Positions 1 to 13,079 of a stretch of DNA of 64,000 nt are shown in pieces. Numbering within the stretch: the stretch's first letter is position 1; the number at the start of each line of letters is the position of its first letter. Location: positions 173,850,001-173,914,000 of the forward strand of contig CM059425.1 in assembly GCA_030390025.1 (NCBI GenBank), in the 5' to 3' direction. Position numbers and translations under genes: made by a program. Below the pieces are notes generated by a model. That model was not told where the DNA came from. It made no database searches and saw nothing but the letters and a program-made list of their open reading frames with translations. This DNA comes from Squalus acanthias. Taxonomy: Eukaryota.

Positions 1-597
1 ATCGCATTGTGAAGGTTGCGCGACGTTTGGGAGGCGAGGGGCTGGCCGACATAGAGCCTGATGACATCGAGGAGCTCCTTGAGTTGCACGGCGAGGAGTT
101 GACGGAGGAGGACCTTGATGAGCTGATACAGCATTCTAGTGAGGCAGAGGATGAGGACGAAGATGAGGATACGGTGGAGAAGTCTAAGATGACAAGTGCC
201 AACCTTAGCAAGGCAATGCTCCTTGCTACTAATCTCTCTGACCTCTTTATGGAGATTGACCCATTCTTGGAGCGTAGTTTAAACTTCAAGCCGAGGTTTG
301 GAGGATTTAATGAGACCATACAAGCAGGTCCAGAAAGATATTCAGAAAAAAATGAGTCAACCATCCATCGCAGAATTTTTTTATTGTGTTACAGTATTTG
401 AACGTTATTGTGTATTGTGTATTTTATTTGTGTTTAATAAAAGAACAAGCAACTTACACAGTCTCTGAAGAGTTTAAATGCGGCCTCGTTCCCCCTAACC
501 CCATTTTTCCCATAGGGTCTTGTATTTGCCAACCGCGGTTTTACCAACCACGGGGGTTTTCAGGGACGTATCCCTCGCGGTTGGGGAGGGATCCCTG
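1..597 (+). mobile_element. Tigger/pogo (Tc1-mariner) DNA transposon, 3' part: C-terminal transposase remnant and right TIR
   Basis: ORF 9-401 GGEGLADIEPDDIEELLELHGEELTEEDL...EIDPFLERSLNF resembles the Tigger/TIGD1 C-terminus, then frameshifts. The element ends ...GGGATCCCTG followed by TA (598-599). Confidence 0.75.
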
Positions 598-2098
598 TAC
601 TGGTAAAGGAGTGCTTGAATAGCTTTACGTTGATCTGAATCACAAAAGCAAAGCTGATTATTATAAAAATTATGGATTGCACTTGTCATCAGGCACTTGT
701 CATTAGTTGATAGAAGTTCTAGCTGTACTTGAAGGGATGAAATGCTTGTCCAGGTTTCATTTGCACACAAATCACCAAGGCCGCGATTTTCCCTACCTCA
801 GCGGGTCCAAGGCAGGCGACGTCAGTGGCGGGTCTCGGCCCTGCTGGTGGCTCCATCCCGGTCTCCGACATGACTTTCCCCTGATTGGGCTTGTTAAGCC
901 CGCACAGCGAGTTTCCTGGCCAATTGAAGGAAGCGGGTCTGATGATGTAATTTATGACGCGACATCAGCCAGTTTCCTTAAAGGGACAATGTCCAAATTT
1001 ACTTTGATATTTGTGCTGTCAGTGTTCTATAGCATTGAGGTGCTGCAAACACTGACAAGCACTGCACAGAGGGGCACGGCTGCGCCCAGGCTCTCCCCTA
1101 ACTCCCTCCATATGCTTATGGAGGGAGTCACAACACGCAGAGAGGTTCTCTTCCCTTCCAATGGGTGGAAGAGACCTCCCCAGGACACCAACGCAGCCTG
1201 GTTGCACATTGCACGGGAGGGCACAAGCAGGGATGTCGTCAGGACGACCAGGCTGCAGTGGCGCTAACCTTTCAATTATATCAGTAGATCACGAAACGTT
1301 GCTGCAAAGCCACACTAAACCTTACCCTGCTGTGCCACTCATCACATCCCCATCACTCCTGCCTTCCCTACTCTACTTCTGCACATCCTTACTCACACCA
1401 ATTTACCTTGCACCCCCACCCATCCCTCTCTATCTACATTATCACTTCCCCATCTCACTAGCCACTCCTCACACTCACCCTCATCCTAGTCCAATCATAC
1501 CAACTAACAACACACAAGGGTAGGCATGTCTGTGTTTTAGCCAATGTTCATGTGAAGTTTCTGTTAATGTGCTGTCAAACATTGAAATCTTTGGGGGAAA
1601 ATTCAGTACCTTAGCGCCTCCCTTTAGCGCCAGCAGATGGCGCTAACGGGGCGCTAGAGCATTATCACCGGGACAAGGCGAATCCAATGCTGCACGTCAA
1701 ATCCCGCCCCCCCCCCCCCGCAACGTCGCCGCTAACAGTTATCGTTGGGAGCCTCGATGCCAGGTGGATCGTGACGTCAGTGAGTGTACAACGTTCACTG
1801 ACCGCCCGATTGGCAAAATTAATTGTTACCACCTACCTTAGCGCCTGGAGGAAACGGCGACAGGGAGAGCTGGCGTGAAGCAACAGGAAGCCAGCTTCAG
1901 GGATGTTATTTAAAGGGATCATCAGTAATGAGTCCCAACTGTAGGTTAGTGGAGTTTCAGTGCTTTCTTGTCAGTTTCACGTAGTGCAACAGTCTCATTT
2001 CCTAATTTCAACGTTACTTAGTATCAGGAGTGTTGTGGCAACTAAAAAGTAGCTACATTTATTCTTAAAAAATCAAACTGCTACACTTGGTTATATTA

Positions 2099-3248
2099 AT
2101 GGGCGCTGTACTGGCAGTCGACCTCGCCCTCCAGGATCTACGGCGGAGGCAGCGAGAAAGACTGGAATATGTGGCCAGAGGGAGGAGGAGGGCCATCAGG
2201 GCTCTCAACAGGAGGCCTTACCCTCTGAGGGTATTCCGAGAGCACTTCTCCTACCTCCAATTAAGCGAAGAGCAGTGTATTAGAAGGCTCTGCTTCACCA
2301 AGGAGGTGGTCACCTCCTGCAACCAGACATCCAGCCTCAGATCAGGGCGGCCACAGCTCTCTCAGTGGCAGTCAAGGTCACTATCACCCTCAATTTCTTC
2401 GCCAGCGGGTCCTTCCAGTCTGCAACAGGAGACATAGTTAACATCTCGCAGTTCGCCGTCCATCGCTGCATCCGGGAGGTCACAAAGGCTCTCTACAGTA
2501 GGAGAAGGGACTACATTTCCTTCCCCATCACCAGAGAGAAGCAGGACAAGTGTGCATGTGGCTTTGCCAGGATAGCGGGATTCCCCATGGTGCAGGGCGC
2601 CATTGACTGCACCCACGTGGCTTTGCGGGCACCGCATAACAATCCTGAGATCTTCCGTAACCGCAAAGGCTACCACTCACTTAATGTACAGTTGGTGTGC
2701 GACCACATGCAGCTAATCCTCAATGTCAATGCTCGCTATCCTGGCAGCAGCCACGATGCCTTCATCTTGCACCAGAATGCCAGCACTCTTCCAGCCACCA
2801 TGGCAAGCTCGCGGCTGGCTGGTCGGAGACGATGGCTATCTGCTGTCCACCTGGCTCATGACTCCCCTCCACAACCCCAACACTTCTGCCCAGCACTGAT
2901 ATAATGAGAGCCATGCTGCCACCAGGAACATCATCGAGCAGACCATCGGCCTGCTGAAACAACGGTTCCGCTGCCTTGACCGCTCGGGAGGAGCCTCCAG
3001 TACTCGGCTGAGCGGGTGTCCCATTTCGTCGTCGTCTGCTGCATGCTCCACAACTTGGCCATCATGAGGGCCCAGCCCTTGTCACCAGGGATTGCGGGAT
3101 CACCTCAGGAAAAGGAAGAGGGAGAGGAGGAGGAAGAGGAAGAGGAAGACGAGGAGAAGGAGTAACAGGAGTGAGGGAGGAGGCAGCCACTCAATCGGCC
3201 TTCCGGAGGGCGATTCGTGACCGCCTCATCAGACTGCGGTTCCAATGA
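2099..3248 (+). pseudogene. Harbinger (HARBI1-family) DDE transposase, frameshifted
   Basis: MGAVLAVDL...; [34 protein letters not shown] and IEQTIGLLKQRF motifs are split across frames. Confidence 0.92.
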
Positions 3249-3413
3249 ATTAAACCCCAGATCCCCGTTGCTCACCACACCCCCATCATCCCATCCCTGT
3301 CGCAGGCCATATCACAGTGCAAAGCTGAAATGAGACACACCACAAAAGAATCCAAACTGAATTAATAAATTTATCAAAAATCAGTGAACACATATTTACA
3401 ACAAAAATATTAA

Positions 3414-5274
3414 CTATTCACCCTTGTGCAATCCCTTAATGCCTGTCATTACTGTGCCTTTGCCTACTCTAATGCTCCTACGAAGTGTTGGCCCAGTGGT
3501 TACAGCAGGGCTGGTGGAAGGATGCTGAGTGTCCATGCGGGAGACTTCAGATGGCCTTGTAGGACGCCCTCGACCAGCTCTGGGCCTGGAAGGCCCGGCT
3601 GTAGACTGCACCACCTCAGCATGGGTGGCAGCAGTCTGGGCTGGCTGGATGACAGGCAGCGACAAGGGCAATGACGGAGTGGCAGTGGTGGGAGCAGGAA
3701 TGCTGTCATCCTGAAAGAGGACAGCAGGTTCCTACTCCACTGACCCACTGCTACTCCCCCGGGGCAGCACCTCAGCATCCCTAGCAATCTGTTGGAGCAC
3801 AGATTGCTGGCCGGCTGCGACACCGTGAAAGCTCCGGTCGACGGTGGTGGACCCAAACACGATGGCAGCAGTCAGAGCTTGCGTGGCATCAAGCTGAGAC
3901 TGCATGAGAGCGGTCTAAGATTGGATGCCACCAAGCATAGACTGCATTACAGCACTAAGACGTTGCGTGGCTACCGCTTGTGCAGCAATGGAAGCCACCA
4001 GATTGCCCATCACACGCGGCATCAGGTCTGGGTCGCCATGGTCTCTCTGGGAGTCTACCATCCTTTGCAGACTGGAAATGATGGGCTCCATGGTGTGCGC
4101 AGAGCCTTGTGCAATGTTGAAGGCGGACTCCTCCACGCTCCTTATCATTGCCGAGAGGCTCTCGGGTACCCTTGCCATTGTACCTATCATCTCCGTGTGC
4201 ATGCCCATCACCCTTCTTCTAAACGCCTCCCCATCGAGGTCCTCATCTGAGTTCTGTGCAGCAGAACGCGCCCTCTGGGGAGCTGGCCCCCGAGCTACCG
4301 TTTCCCCCTGGCCTTGCTGCAGCCCACTCGTTCCCGGTGCCTCACCCTGTGCAGATCAGGCTACTATACTAGCCTCTAAAGAAGGCGTAGTGCCAGTATC
4401 TGAGCTGTTGCTTGCGGGTAAAACATGCAGTGACGCCTCTTCTCACACCTCGCTCTCTACGGTGCCCTCAGGGACAGGCTGCTCAGATGCTTGCTCATTA
4501 TCTGAAAGCATAAAAGCACAAGAGTCGGGTTAAGGTGAGGGGAGCGGGGCAGGAAGGGCGAAATGCATGCATACAGCATGATTAGCTGGAAAGTGCGAAA
4601 GGCTTGTGGGGTGAGGGGGAAGTGGGATGTGAGAAGAAGGAGTAGGGATGAACATACCATTGTTGTCCCCAAGGGGGGGGTCAATGGCCCAGTGGCCACG
4701 GTGCCCAATAATCTCCAGCACTCTATTTTCCAGCGCAGATAGTGGTTGGGTGTAGGCTTGTCTCCCCGCCTGTGCGCTCCTGCTCCCTCCTGTTGTGAGC
4801 CACCTTGGCCTGCAAGAGAAAGGAAAATGTGTGAGTGAGTGTGGAGCAATGTGTTTGAGTGATGTGCCTGCCATAGTTGAATAGCTGTCATTGTGTGCAT
4901 GTGGGTGTGAGATGTGGCTGTGAGTGTTGGAAGGTAGAGATTGTTGGTGGGTGAGTGCTGGAGGTTAGGTGCTTTGGGCAGTGTGTGCAGACTGTGGTTC
5001 AGATGGTGATATGTATCATTTGTTGAAGCATTGACTCACCCTGACCACCTGAGTGAGGTTGTTAAATTTTTTCCTGCACTGTGTGTCCTGGGGTCCACAG
5101 TGCTGCCCGAGACGTGCTGCGCCACCTCCCTCCACAGTGTGGATGACTTGCGGCGAGGGCCTCCTGACACTTGCTGGGTAGAGCACCGCCCTCCATCTCT
5201 CCAGGGAACACCAACGCCTCCAATGCTTGATCGCAGAATCTGCGGGCTCTCTCCCTGGGGGGTGGATCTGCCAT
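3414..5274 (-). pseudogene. Harbinger Myb/SANT-like second gene, three exons (5274-5040, 4809-4658, 4501-3414), disrupted
   Basis: MADPPPRERARRF...QCRKKFNNLTQVVR|GTGAGT; ttgcag|AKVAHNRREQERTGG; tttcag| long exon 3 with frameshifts. Confidence 0.8.
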
Positions 5275-6900
5275 GAGTACAGCTGCTTCAGTCCTCCGGC
5301 TCCTTCTCCTTGACCTGCTGCTGCTTGCTGAGGCAGCTGCACATCCAGCAATGCTGAGAATGAGGTTCTGCAGCATCAATGAACCTCTGCTTTAAGAACT
5401 GAAAAAAGCCTGTCGCAATCATGACTTGTGATTAGACTGCACCTGATGTTGGTCCACCCTTTGAGTGTAACGCCAATGAGCTTGGGCTTAAAGACTTGAA
5501 TTAGGACTCCAAACATTTCTTTGAGCAGTGAGCACGAATTTTGCATGCCGTCTAAAGCATTAGCGCCAGGCGCTACTTCTCCAACTTTTCTAATGATACC
5601 ACACATTCCTGGGCTATAATGAATTTCTAGCCTTTTATTTTCAACACTTTGCTTTCTTGGACAGATTTGTGTGCACCTTTGGAAGTGGCTTAGTGAGTTG
5701 CAGTGAATGGTGAGACATAATGGTACCCCCCTGCAAAGCTGATGAGTGTGAAAGGAATGGCTTGGGCATTGTAGAGATGCTTTATTTTGTTGGTGTGGGG
5801 TGGTGCCAACCTGGCGCATCATGTGGCAGCCAGGGTGTGCAGCGTCAAGTGAAGTAAATGTGGCCATGGCGAGGCCATCCCTGGCGTCCCGGGCAGCAAT
5901 GTGGTCGGGTGCTGATGCCTTCTGTCCTGTGCAGCACCAGGTGATTGTGGAGAAGGTTGGTGTGGTTGTTGGAGCTGCTGGTGTGCCTGGTGATGCTGGT
6001 GTTGGGGCTGATCGTGGTCAGATTCTGAGGATCAAGGTGTTAGAGTATAAAGTGCACCCATGCTGACGGAGTAGATGGCAGGTGAAGTCGAGATGACAGA
6101 AGCGATCTGTCAATGGTGGGAGAGGTAATGAGGTCAGACTGCATGGAGACTTGTGTAGAGACTTGCAGCATCCTGAATCTGTAGTGGAAATGCAGTTTAG
6201 AGATGCTAGTGCTTAAAGGAAGATATCTGAATCAGCTGGGAGCTTTGAGTTGACACTTGAAGCTGTCAACTCATCAGCTGATTCAGTGGCTACTGACCTC
6301 CCGCCTCAGCTTCACTGACGAGGTCTAGGCAGAGCAGGAAACCCATGGGAGACCTGTGAAAGTTGAAAAGCTGGGGGAAATAGCATTGTTAAATGGCTGT
6401 AAACAAGCCACTAATAAGTTGCATTGGATCCCCCGCCGCTGCTTGCCTGGTCTGCTCAGCGCTGGCAGACCCGACATCGGGAAATGCAGGTGTGCGCATT
6501 TTGTCAGCGGGTTCCCGACTCGCTGTCAGTCATTTTAAATTTCACAGCGGACCCGCCACCAATCGGGTCCGCTGAGCGCCAGTAAAATCACGGCCCAAGT
6601 CTGTATAACAAGCACTATATGGCAAAATATTTGTCCTAAAATTTTTGATTATATGTTCTATTGCATAGACATGATACTTCTTGTAAGCACTTAGATGTCA
6701 CTCAATGGAATCACTTTTCACAACATGGCATTGGCTTTTTGTATACAATTATATTAGTTACTATAATATTAGTATTACAGTAGGACCACGCCATACCAAA
6801 ATAAATCAGACTGGGGCTTATTTGGTAGACCAAAAATTTGGTAGTGGAGTCGTTCTGCTTTTTCATTTATTTATTTTATAAAATGCTGTGTTTTTTAAGG

Positions 6901-8100
6901 TTTAGGAATGTAGGAACGTACAGGGCCAGAAAGGACTCTGCAGTCCAACTAGTGCCTCTCAATCAGTTGCTACCTCAAATATCTATCCAATTCTCCTGTA
7001 AATTTTTCCACACTATTTGTCTTCACTGGGCAGTCCATTCCACACATTCATTAGCCTTTCTGTAAAGTAGTAAAATTAAAATTATATGTGCACATTCTTC
7101 TAAATTTCAGCCCATGTCCCCTAGTTTCAGTGTTTGTAACAATCTTGACAATATTCTTGGGGTTAAATTTATCTATTCTCTTAAGAATCTTGACTACTGG
7201 ACCTTCCATTTAACAATCCCATTCCTTTCAACCACTCTTCATAGCTTACGCTAGGTATCAGATTGGCTGACTTTTTCAGCACTGCTCCAATGCCTGTGTA
7301 GCCATGCGACAACCAGAATTGTACACAGTACTCCAGATGTGTCTATACCAGTACAGAATCATTATCACCTCCTGGTTGACATTACGGCACCTCGTTACTG
7401 GTCATTTGCAATATCAAATCAGTTCCATTCAAAACCAATCTTTTGTCTTCCCTGGTTTAGACAATTTTCAGCCCACCTCAGAAGCTTGCCTCCTATTCTA
7501 TGCCTTCCTACCTTGTGGACTAATCACTTGTGTGGCATAGTATCAATAGTATCAAACCATGAAATCTAAATATATGACATTCACAAAATTTCAAAAATCA
7601 CTGATGTGCTCAAAAAACTCCAATAAATTTGTTAGGCAATACTTCCCTCGCATAAATCCATGCTGACTTCCTCTTCCCATACCATACCGATCAAGTTATT
7701 TCATTATACCTTCTTTCATGATGTCTTCTAATATTTCAACCACAACAGATATTAGGCTCAGTAGCCTTTAGTTTCCTGGGCCATCCTTATGCACCTTTTT
7801 AAAGATTGGTGTTCTATTAGCTACTTTCCAATCCTTATGCACCACTCCTGTTTTTAATGATTCCCTAAAGATAGTGGCAAGGATGAGTCTAATTTTGCCA
7901 GCCACTTCTTTAAGTATGAAGTCCATCTAGGCTTGGTGTCTTATCTTTTAGCTTTGTCAGCGTATCAGTGACCACATTATTTGAAATTTCTATTTCTTGT
8001 AATAATTCCTTTGTTCCACCACCCCCAACAGGAATTCAGCTTTTGTCTTGGGCAAACTGTCCATGGTCTCCACTGTGAGCACAGAAAAGAAGAATTAATT
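6901..8100 (-). mobile_element. Old, degraded CR1 LINE fragments
   Basis: Antisense 3' tail at ~6901 and antisense RT sequence (CTCAAAAAACTCCAATAAATTTGTTAGGC...CCATGCTGACT) at ~7610-7940. Confidence 0.6.
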
Positions 8101-8220
8101 TGAGTGGTAACTCTCTGATTTGGCACTCCCAAGGAGCACATCTCATGAAATCATGTGCTGTGAGTGACACTTCCTGCTGGCAATGCTGGATTGTGGAATC
8201 ACTCTTTTAATATAGTTACT

Positions 8221-10586
8221 GGGGGTGAAATTGGGCATCGCCCCATTTGGGGCGCTAACTTTTGAAATTTTGAAAATTTAGCGCCAGGTGCTAAGGATTC
8301 TGAACTTCTACTAAATTGGTTGTTAGCGCCCCAGGAAGGAAGTGGGGCGCAAAATAAAGCGCTAATGACCTCAGTGGGGCGCTACAAGAGCGCTACCAGC
8401 AGAGCGCTAATGAATTTCAGGTGCAATGCATTCAGCATTCATCCTTCACACTGGTTCTTTCCAGCTCTTAAAGGGGAGGTTACATCATTGTGCAGATGCT
8501 CATTTTCAGCATTGTTGGCTTTGAGGCGACTTGCGAGCAACTGAATCCCCTGATGGCTATGGCTGTTCCTACTTCCAGGGACAGAGCTGGTCGAGGGCAT
8601 CCTGCAAGGCCATCTGAAGTCTCTGGCACCGACACTCAGCAGCCTTCCACTAGCCCTGCTACAGCCACTGGGGGAGACACTACGTCGGAGCACTAGATTA
8701 GGAAAGGGGACTGTAAAGAGGGGAGGCAAGGGTTTGCACAAGGGTGATTAGTCAATATTGTTGTATATATGTGGTTAATGGTTTTTGATAAATTTATTAC
8801 TGGAATGCTGCAGATTTGGTGCTGTGTCTCATTTCAGTTCTGGGGTGTGGTATGGAATCACAAAGTGATGGAATGATGGCGATGTGCTCAGCAACCGGAA
8901 AGAGGACTCAAAGTCACTGGAAACGAAGTCTGATGAGGTGGTCACGGACCGACCTTGCAGAACGCCAATTGAGCGGTTGCCTCCTCCGTCGCTGCTGTTC
9001 ATCCTCCTGTTCCTCCTGCTCCTCTTCTTCCTCCTCCCCCTCCTCCTCCTCCTCCTCCTCCTGAGCTGGTGCGGCTATGCCTGGTGGCAATGGCGGCGCC
9101 TTCATAATGGCCAAGTTGTGCAGCATGCAGCAGACGACGACCAAAAGTGACACCCGCTCAGCCGAGTACTGGATGGCTCCTCCCGAGCGGTCAAGGCAGC
9201 GGAACCGTTGCTTGAGCACTCTGATGGTCTGCTCAATGATGTTCCTGGTGGCAGCATGGCTCTCATTATATGAGTGCTGGGCACAAGTGTTGGGGTTGCG
9301 GAGGGGAGTCATGAGCCAGGTGGAGACCGGATAGCCCTTGTCTCCCAGCAGCCAGCCGCAAGCTTCATGTGGTGGCTGGAATAGATGTGGCACACCGGTC
9401 TGGCGCAGGATGAAGGCATCATGGCTGCTGCCAGGATAGCGGGCATTGACGGTCAGGATTCGCTGTGTGTGGTCGCACACCAACTGCACATTAAGTGAGT
9501 GGTAGCCTTTGCGGTTACGGAATACCTCAGGATTGTTATGAGGTGCCCGCAAAGCGACGTGGGTGCAGTCAATGGCACCCTGCACCATGGGGAAGTCTGC
9601 TATCCTGGCAAAGCCACGTGCACGCTCGTGCTGCTTCTCTGTGGTCATGGGAAAGGAAATGTAGTCCCTTCTCCTTCTGTATAGAGTATCTGTGACCTGG
9701 CGGATCGAGCAATCGACGGCAAACTGGGAGATGTTGGAGATGTCACCTGTCGCACACTGGAATGATCTGCTGGCGTAGAAATTGAGGGCGACGATGACCT
9801 TGACTGCCACTGAGAGAGTCGTGGTGGTCCTGATCTGAGGCTCGAGGTCTGGCTGCAGGAGGTGGCAGAGCTCTGTGACCACGTCCTTGCTTAAGCGGAG
9901 CCTTCTAATACACTGGTCCTCAGTGAAATTCATGTAGGAGAACTGCTGCCAGAATACCCTGGGTGGGTAAGGCCTCCTGTTGAGAGCCCTGTTGGCCCTC
10001 CTACCTCTGGCCACATTTTGCACTCTTTCTCTGTGGCTCAGTTGCCTCCGACGTTGACGCTGGAGGGCGAGGTCCAGTGCCAGTACAGCCCTCATGAAAG
10101 GATACAACTATTGCACTTTTAAATCTCCCCTCAATGAAACTCAATAATCTTTATGTACTAGAATACTCGTTAAAATGCAAAATGCTCAAATCGGTCAAAA
10201 GGCCTCTTTGCCTATGTGAAATTAACAATGCAGCATTGTTGGCTGACGAAAACTACACTGGAAGTGAACGCCTTTAAATAGCGCTCCTCCAGGGGACATC
10301 CGACTGAAAGCTGCCTCCTCTACTTGTTGTTGTTAACGGCAGGCGCACAAGCAGGGGGCGAGAGGGAATTTTTCATCCGGGGCGCTGCGCACAGCAATGA
10401 CATCATGATCTCAGGCCGCAGGAGATCTGGGCGCAACGTCTTACCACCACCGCAAAACTCCCGCCAAATTTAGCGGAGGTGTTGATATCGCCTCGCCCGG
10501 TCGCAAACCCATTTGCGCCCCATTAGCACACACACACCCCCCCGGAGGCGTTAACGGGAGGTGCAAATGAGCCCAATTTCTAGCCC
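8221..10586 (-). mobile_element. Harbinger element with transposase only (Myb gene deleted)
   Basis: TIRs GGGGGTGAAATTGGGC and GCCCAATTTCTAGCCC with ACT TSD at 8218-8220 and 10587-10589. Only the last ~65 codons of the Myb gene remain (~8545-8750). Confidence 0.88.
8914..10095 (-). CDS. Uninterrupted Harbinger/HARBI1-family transposase ORF (393 aa from ATG)
   Basis: Open frame with [23 protein letters not shown] and IIEQTI catalytic motifs plus an acidic tail. It lies inside TIRs, so it is transposon-borne, not the host HARBI1 gene. Confidence 0.85.
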   Translation of the reverse strand: MRAVLALDLALQRQRRRQLSHRERVQNVARGRRANRALNRRPYPPRVFWQQFSYMNFTEDQCIRRLRLSKDVVTELCHLLQPDLEPQIRTTTTLSVAVKVIVALNFYASRSFQCATGDISNISQFAVDCSIRQVTDTLYRRRRDYISFPMTTEKQHERARGFARIADFPMVQGAIDCTHVALRAPHNNPEVFRNRKGYHSLNVQLVCDHTQRILTVNARYPGSSHDAFILRQTGVPHLFQPPHEACGWLLGDKGYPVSTWLMTPLRNPNTCAQHSYNESHAATRNIIEQTIRVLKQRFRCLDRSGGAIQYSAERVSLLVVVCCMLHNLAIMKAPPLPPGIAAPAQEEEEEEEGEEEEEEQEEQEDEQQRRRRQPLNWRSARSVRDHLIRLRFQ

Positions 10587-12112
10587 ACTGTCTCTTGGTC
10601 ATTTGACATTATTATCATTTTTTCGATGGCCTCATGTCCAGCAATTACTTTCTCAAAAAATTGAGGTTAGACAATTATTCAGAACAAAATTAATTTATTG
10701 TAAATTTATAAATGCTACAGTGATTTAGTGATGGAAAAAAAAATCAAAAAAATTCTGTGTTAAGTGGCAATGCCTGCTTCAATATTGCTGTGTTCCTGCT
10801 GTAAAAGAGCTCAACTTCAACGTGTGCTGCTAAAGATGGCCTTGGTGGAAAGTTTCTGCTGCTGTATTTAATACTTCACACATTAAATCATTCTGTGAAC
10901 AACTTGATGTTCATCTAAGCGTTAGACGACCTTGTTGTGAATATGAAGGGAGTTGAGATTTAAAAAAATAAAATCTTGGTTGGGACTTGACAAGTTTCCT
11001 GATTCACAGTAATGGTACTATTGTGAAATGCTGCTGCTGCAGAGTTTGTATCCCAATGTAGTCAATCCTGCCAGTGCAATAATCTTCTCGTAGAATAGTC
11101 CCATCTCAACACAGCTGTGGATTTGTTTTAGGCAGACTTTTTCCTTTATTTTCTTGAACTTTTCCTGGAGACTCCGGTGTTCAAATCAAGTAATAACTCT
11201 CCCTGCAAATAGGCAGCTGCTTTACACTGTGACCTTTTTTGCATATAATCAGGTGTCCTGAACTTCTATTGAATGCCTTGTTGGGCTTTAGTACTTTCTC
11301 CTACAGGCTGTAGTCACTAACGGGTTTGCCCCTTTCCACAGGAAGAGTGCTTCATTTAGCTTTGCATTCACATAATGCGTACATTCTTTGAAGCAATTCT
11401 ACTGCACCATTGTTGTATTTTGGTGTGCTTCTACTGCTAGTCAGATGTACTCCCCTCAGCTACAACCTTCTTTTGTGATTTGCCCTTGAACCTCTTAAGT
11501 ACCTCTAATCTGATATCAAACTACACTATCTTGCTCTTGCCATCTTTGGGAATAGATAAGGTATGGAACACAAACTGAATCAGCAACACCCTGTAGCTCA
11601 GGAAATATGCTTCAAAATGACATGGAGTGTATACATGATTTATTTGGGACGCTTCAGTAAATACAAAGTTCAGTAGAGTGCAGTCCTGTTGTAGCTCTAA
11701 TATTAACACATTATACTACCACTTTTACGCTAACAGAAGGCAATTTTTGAGCGTGCAGTGAATGTAGCAGTCCATAGGTCATTCTGGGAATTTGATAAGT
11801 TTACTTTATGACTCTTTTTTTAATGTTATGAGAGAAGCTGTATTGATGCTGAATTCGGTGGAAGGCTGAGCATCACACCATACAGTCACTGTCTGATTTG
11901 GGTATAACTTCAGCCATAATTGATATGAACAGTTTTGCTCAATTTTTTTTTAAAGCCCACATTAAGCAGCTTTGTATGAAAGGTTCACTAAATGACCTTT
12001 AAAAAGTAGGAATGAGAAAATTTCTTATAGGCTAAAAGTAGAGGAAAATATGCCCTTTAATTGATTTATCGTTTACTTTTCACTTTTACAATTTCTTGCT
12101 TTCAGACATTAT

Positions 12113-12540
12113 GGCCTATAAATTCAGCTCATTTTTGGGTGCTAACTGGACTACTAAGCTCCCAATATGCGTGCACATTTCCGGCTGGGAGTGCACCGCC
12201 CACCATATTGGTGTAGGGAAAAAAAAGGTAATGTCCATGCTTAAAACAGGTGTTAGGCCCATATTTGCATATGCAGTGGACCTAACGCCTGTTTGAGGCC
12301 CCCACTGCAAGATTGGTTTGCCCTGAGGCAGCTGGCTGCACTCAGTAACACCAGATCTTGGGACTGCCTGCTACCAAAAAGGTAAGTTTTTGAAATTTAC
12401 TTACCTGAATATAGAGCCAGGATCCCACATTTAAAGAACACAGCCCGCCGCTCCGTTCCACACCCCGGCCTCTGATCCTCACCTCCCCAGCCTCTGATCC
12501 TCCCCCTCCCTGGCCTCTGATCTCCTCTCCCCGGCCTACT
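12113..12540. mobile_element. Harbinger-type MITE fragment
   Basis: Starts GGCCTATAAATTC and shares AAACAGGTGTTA...TAACGCCTGTTT with 18047-18102. Confidence 0.45.
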
Positions 12541-13079
12541 AATTTCAAAATCTTGTAGAATATTTGTCAAGAACTGCCATCAATAATTGCTTTTTATACA
12601 TTACATACGAAGTGCTATTGTTAACTACAATTGAAGGATCATTATAGGACAGCAGTAAATACTGTGGTTACATACTTCAAATATTAACAAAAAACTAAAT
12701 TGCCCAATCTAGCATTCACACGCAAGATTGTCCCTTTCTATCTGGTGGCTGACAGGAGGATGAAAAGTAATTATCATTTTTTCTTTCACTTTTTTGTCTT
12801 CTGCATGCAGTGGAATTGCCCTTCTCTACTTTTGCTAAAAGCAGCTAATACTATAGAGATGTAATATAAGTTACCGTAGCCAGTTATAATTGTTTCTATC
12901 TCCTTGATGTTCTAAGGTTATAACTCCTGGTAATACAGGTAAATTCCAAACAGGGTAAGATAATTACAGTCTTGTATTAAATTACTTAAAATGATTAATG
13001 TGCAGCTGCATAAGCAACATAAATATCCTTGGTAAAGGGACACAGATCACTAATAAACATTGAAGGAACAATATGAGAT

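Larger units (their letters stand above)
1593..5632. mobile_element. Two-gene PIF/Harbinger transposon nested in the outer Harbinger
   Basis: Ends GGGGGAAAATTCA and TGAATTTCTAGCC with TTT on both sides; convergent transposase and Myb-like genes; subterminal TAGCGCC repeats. Confidence 0.88.
779..6595. mobile_element. Non-autonomous PIF/Harbinger element (outer; 779-1592 plus 5633-6595)
   Basis: TIRs GGCCGCGATTTT...CTCAGCGG and CCGCTGAG...AAAATCACGGCC, with CAA TSD at 776-778 and 6596-6598. Myb/SANT remnant on + (~1060-1265, APRLS..LMEGV..RREVLF..AWLHIA) and a collapsed transposase on - (~5860-6062). Confidence 0.8.

Noticed and set aside
3925..4533. 202-aa + strand ORF as a third Harbinger gene
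   Set aside because: It is antisense to GC-rich Myb exon 3 and not clearly preserved in the 27156 element.
8995..9062. (TCC)n microsatellite
   Set aside because: It encodes the poly-Glu tail of the transposase, also seen in the other copies.
8914..10107. Host HARBI1 gene
   Set aside because: It lies within TIRs and a TSD and has several close, decayed relatives in the window, so it is a transposon copy.
10600..12100. Additional CAMK4 exon or conserved non-coding element in unique sequence
   Set aside because: No recognisable kinase coding sequence; conservation cannot be judged without alignments.
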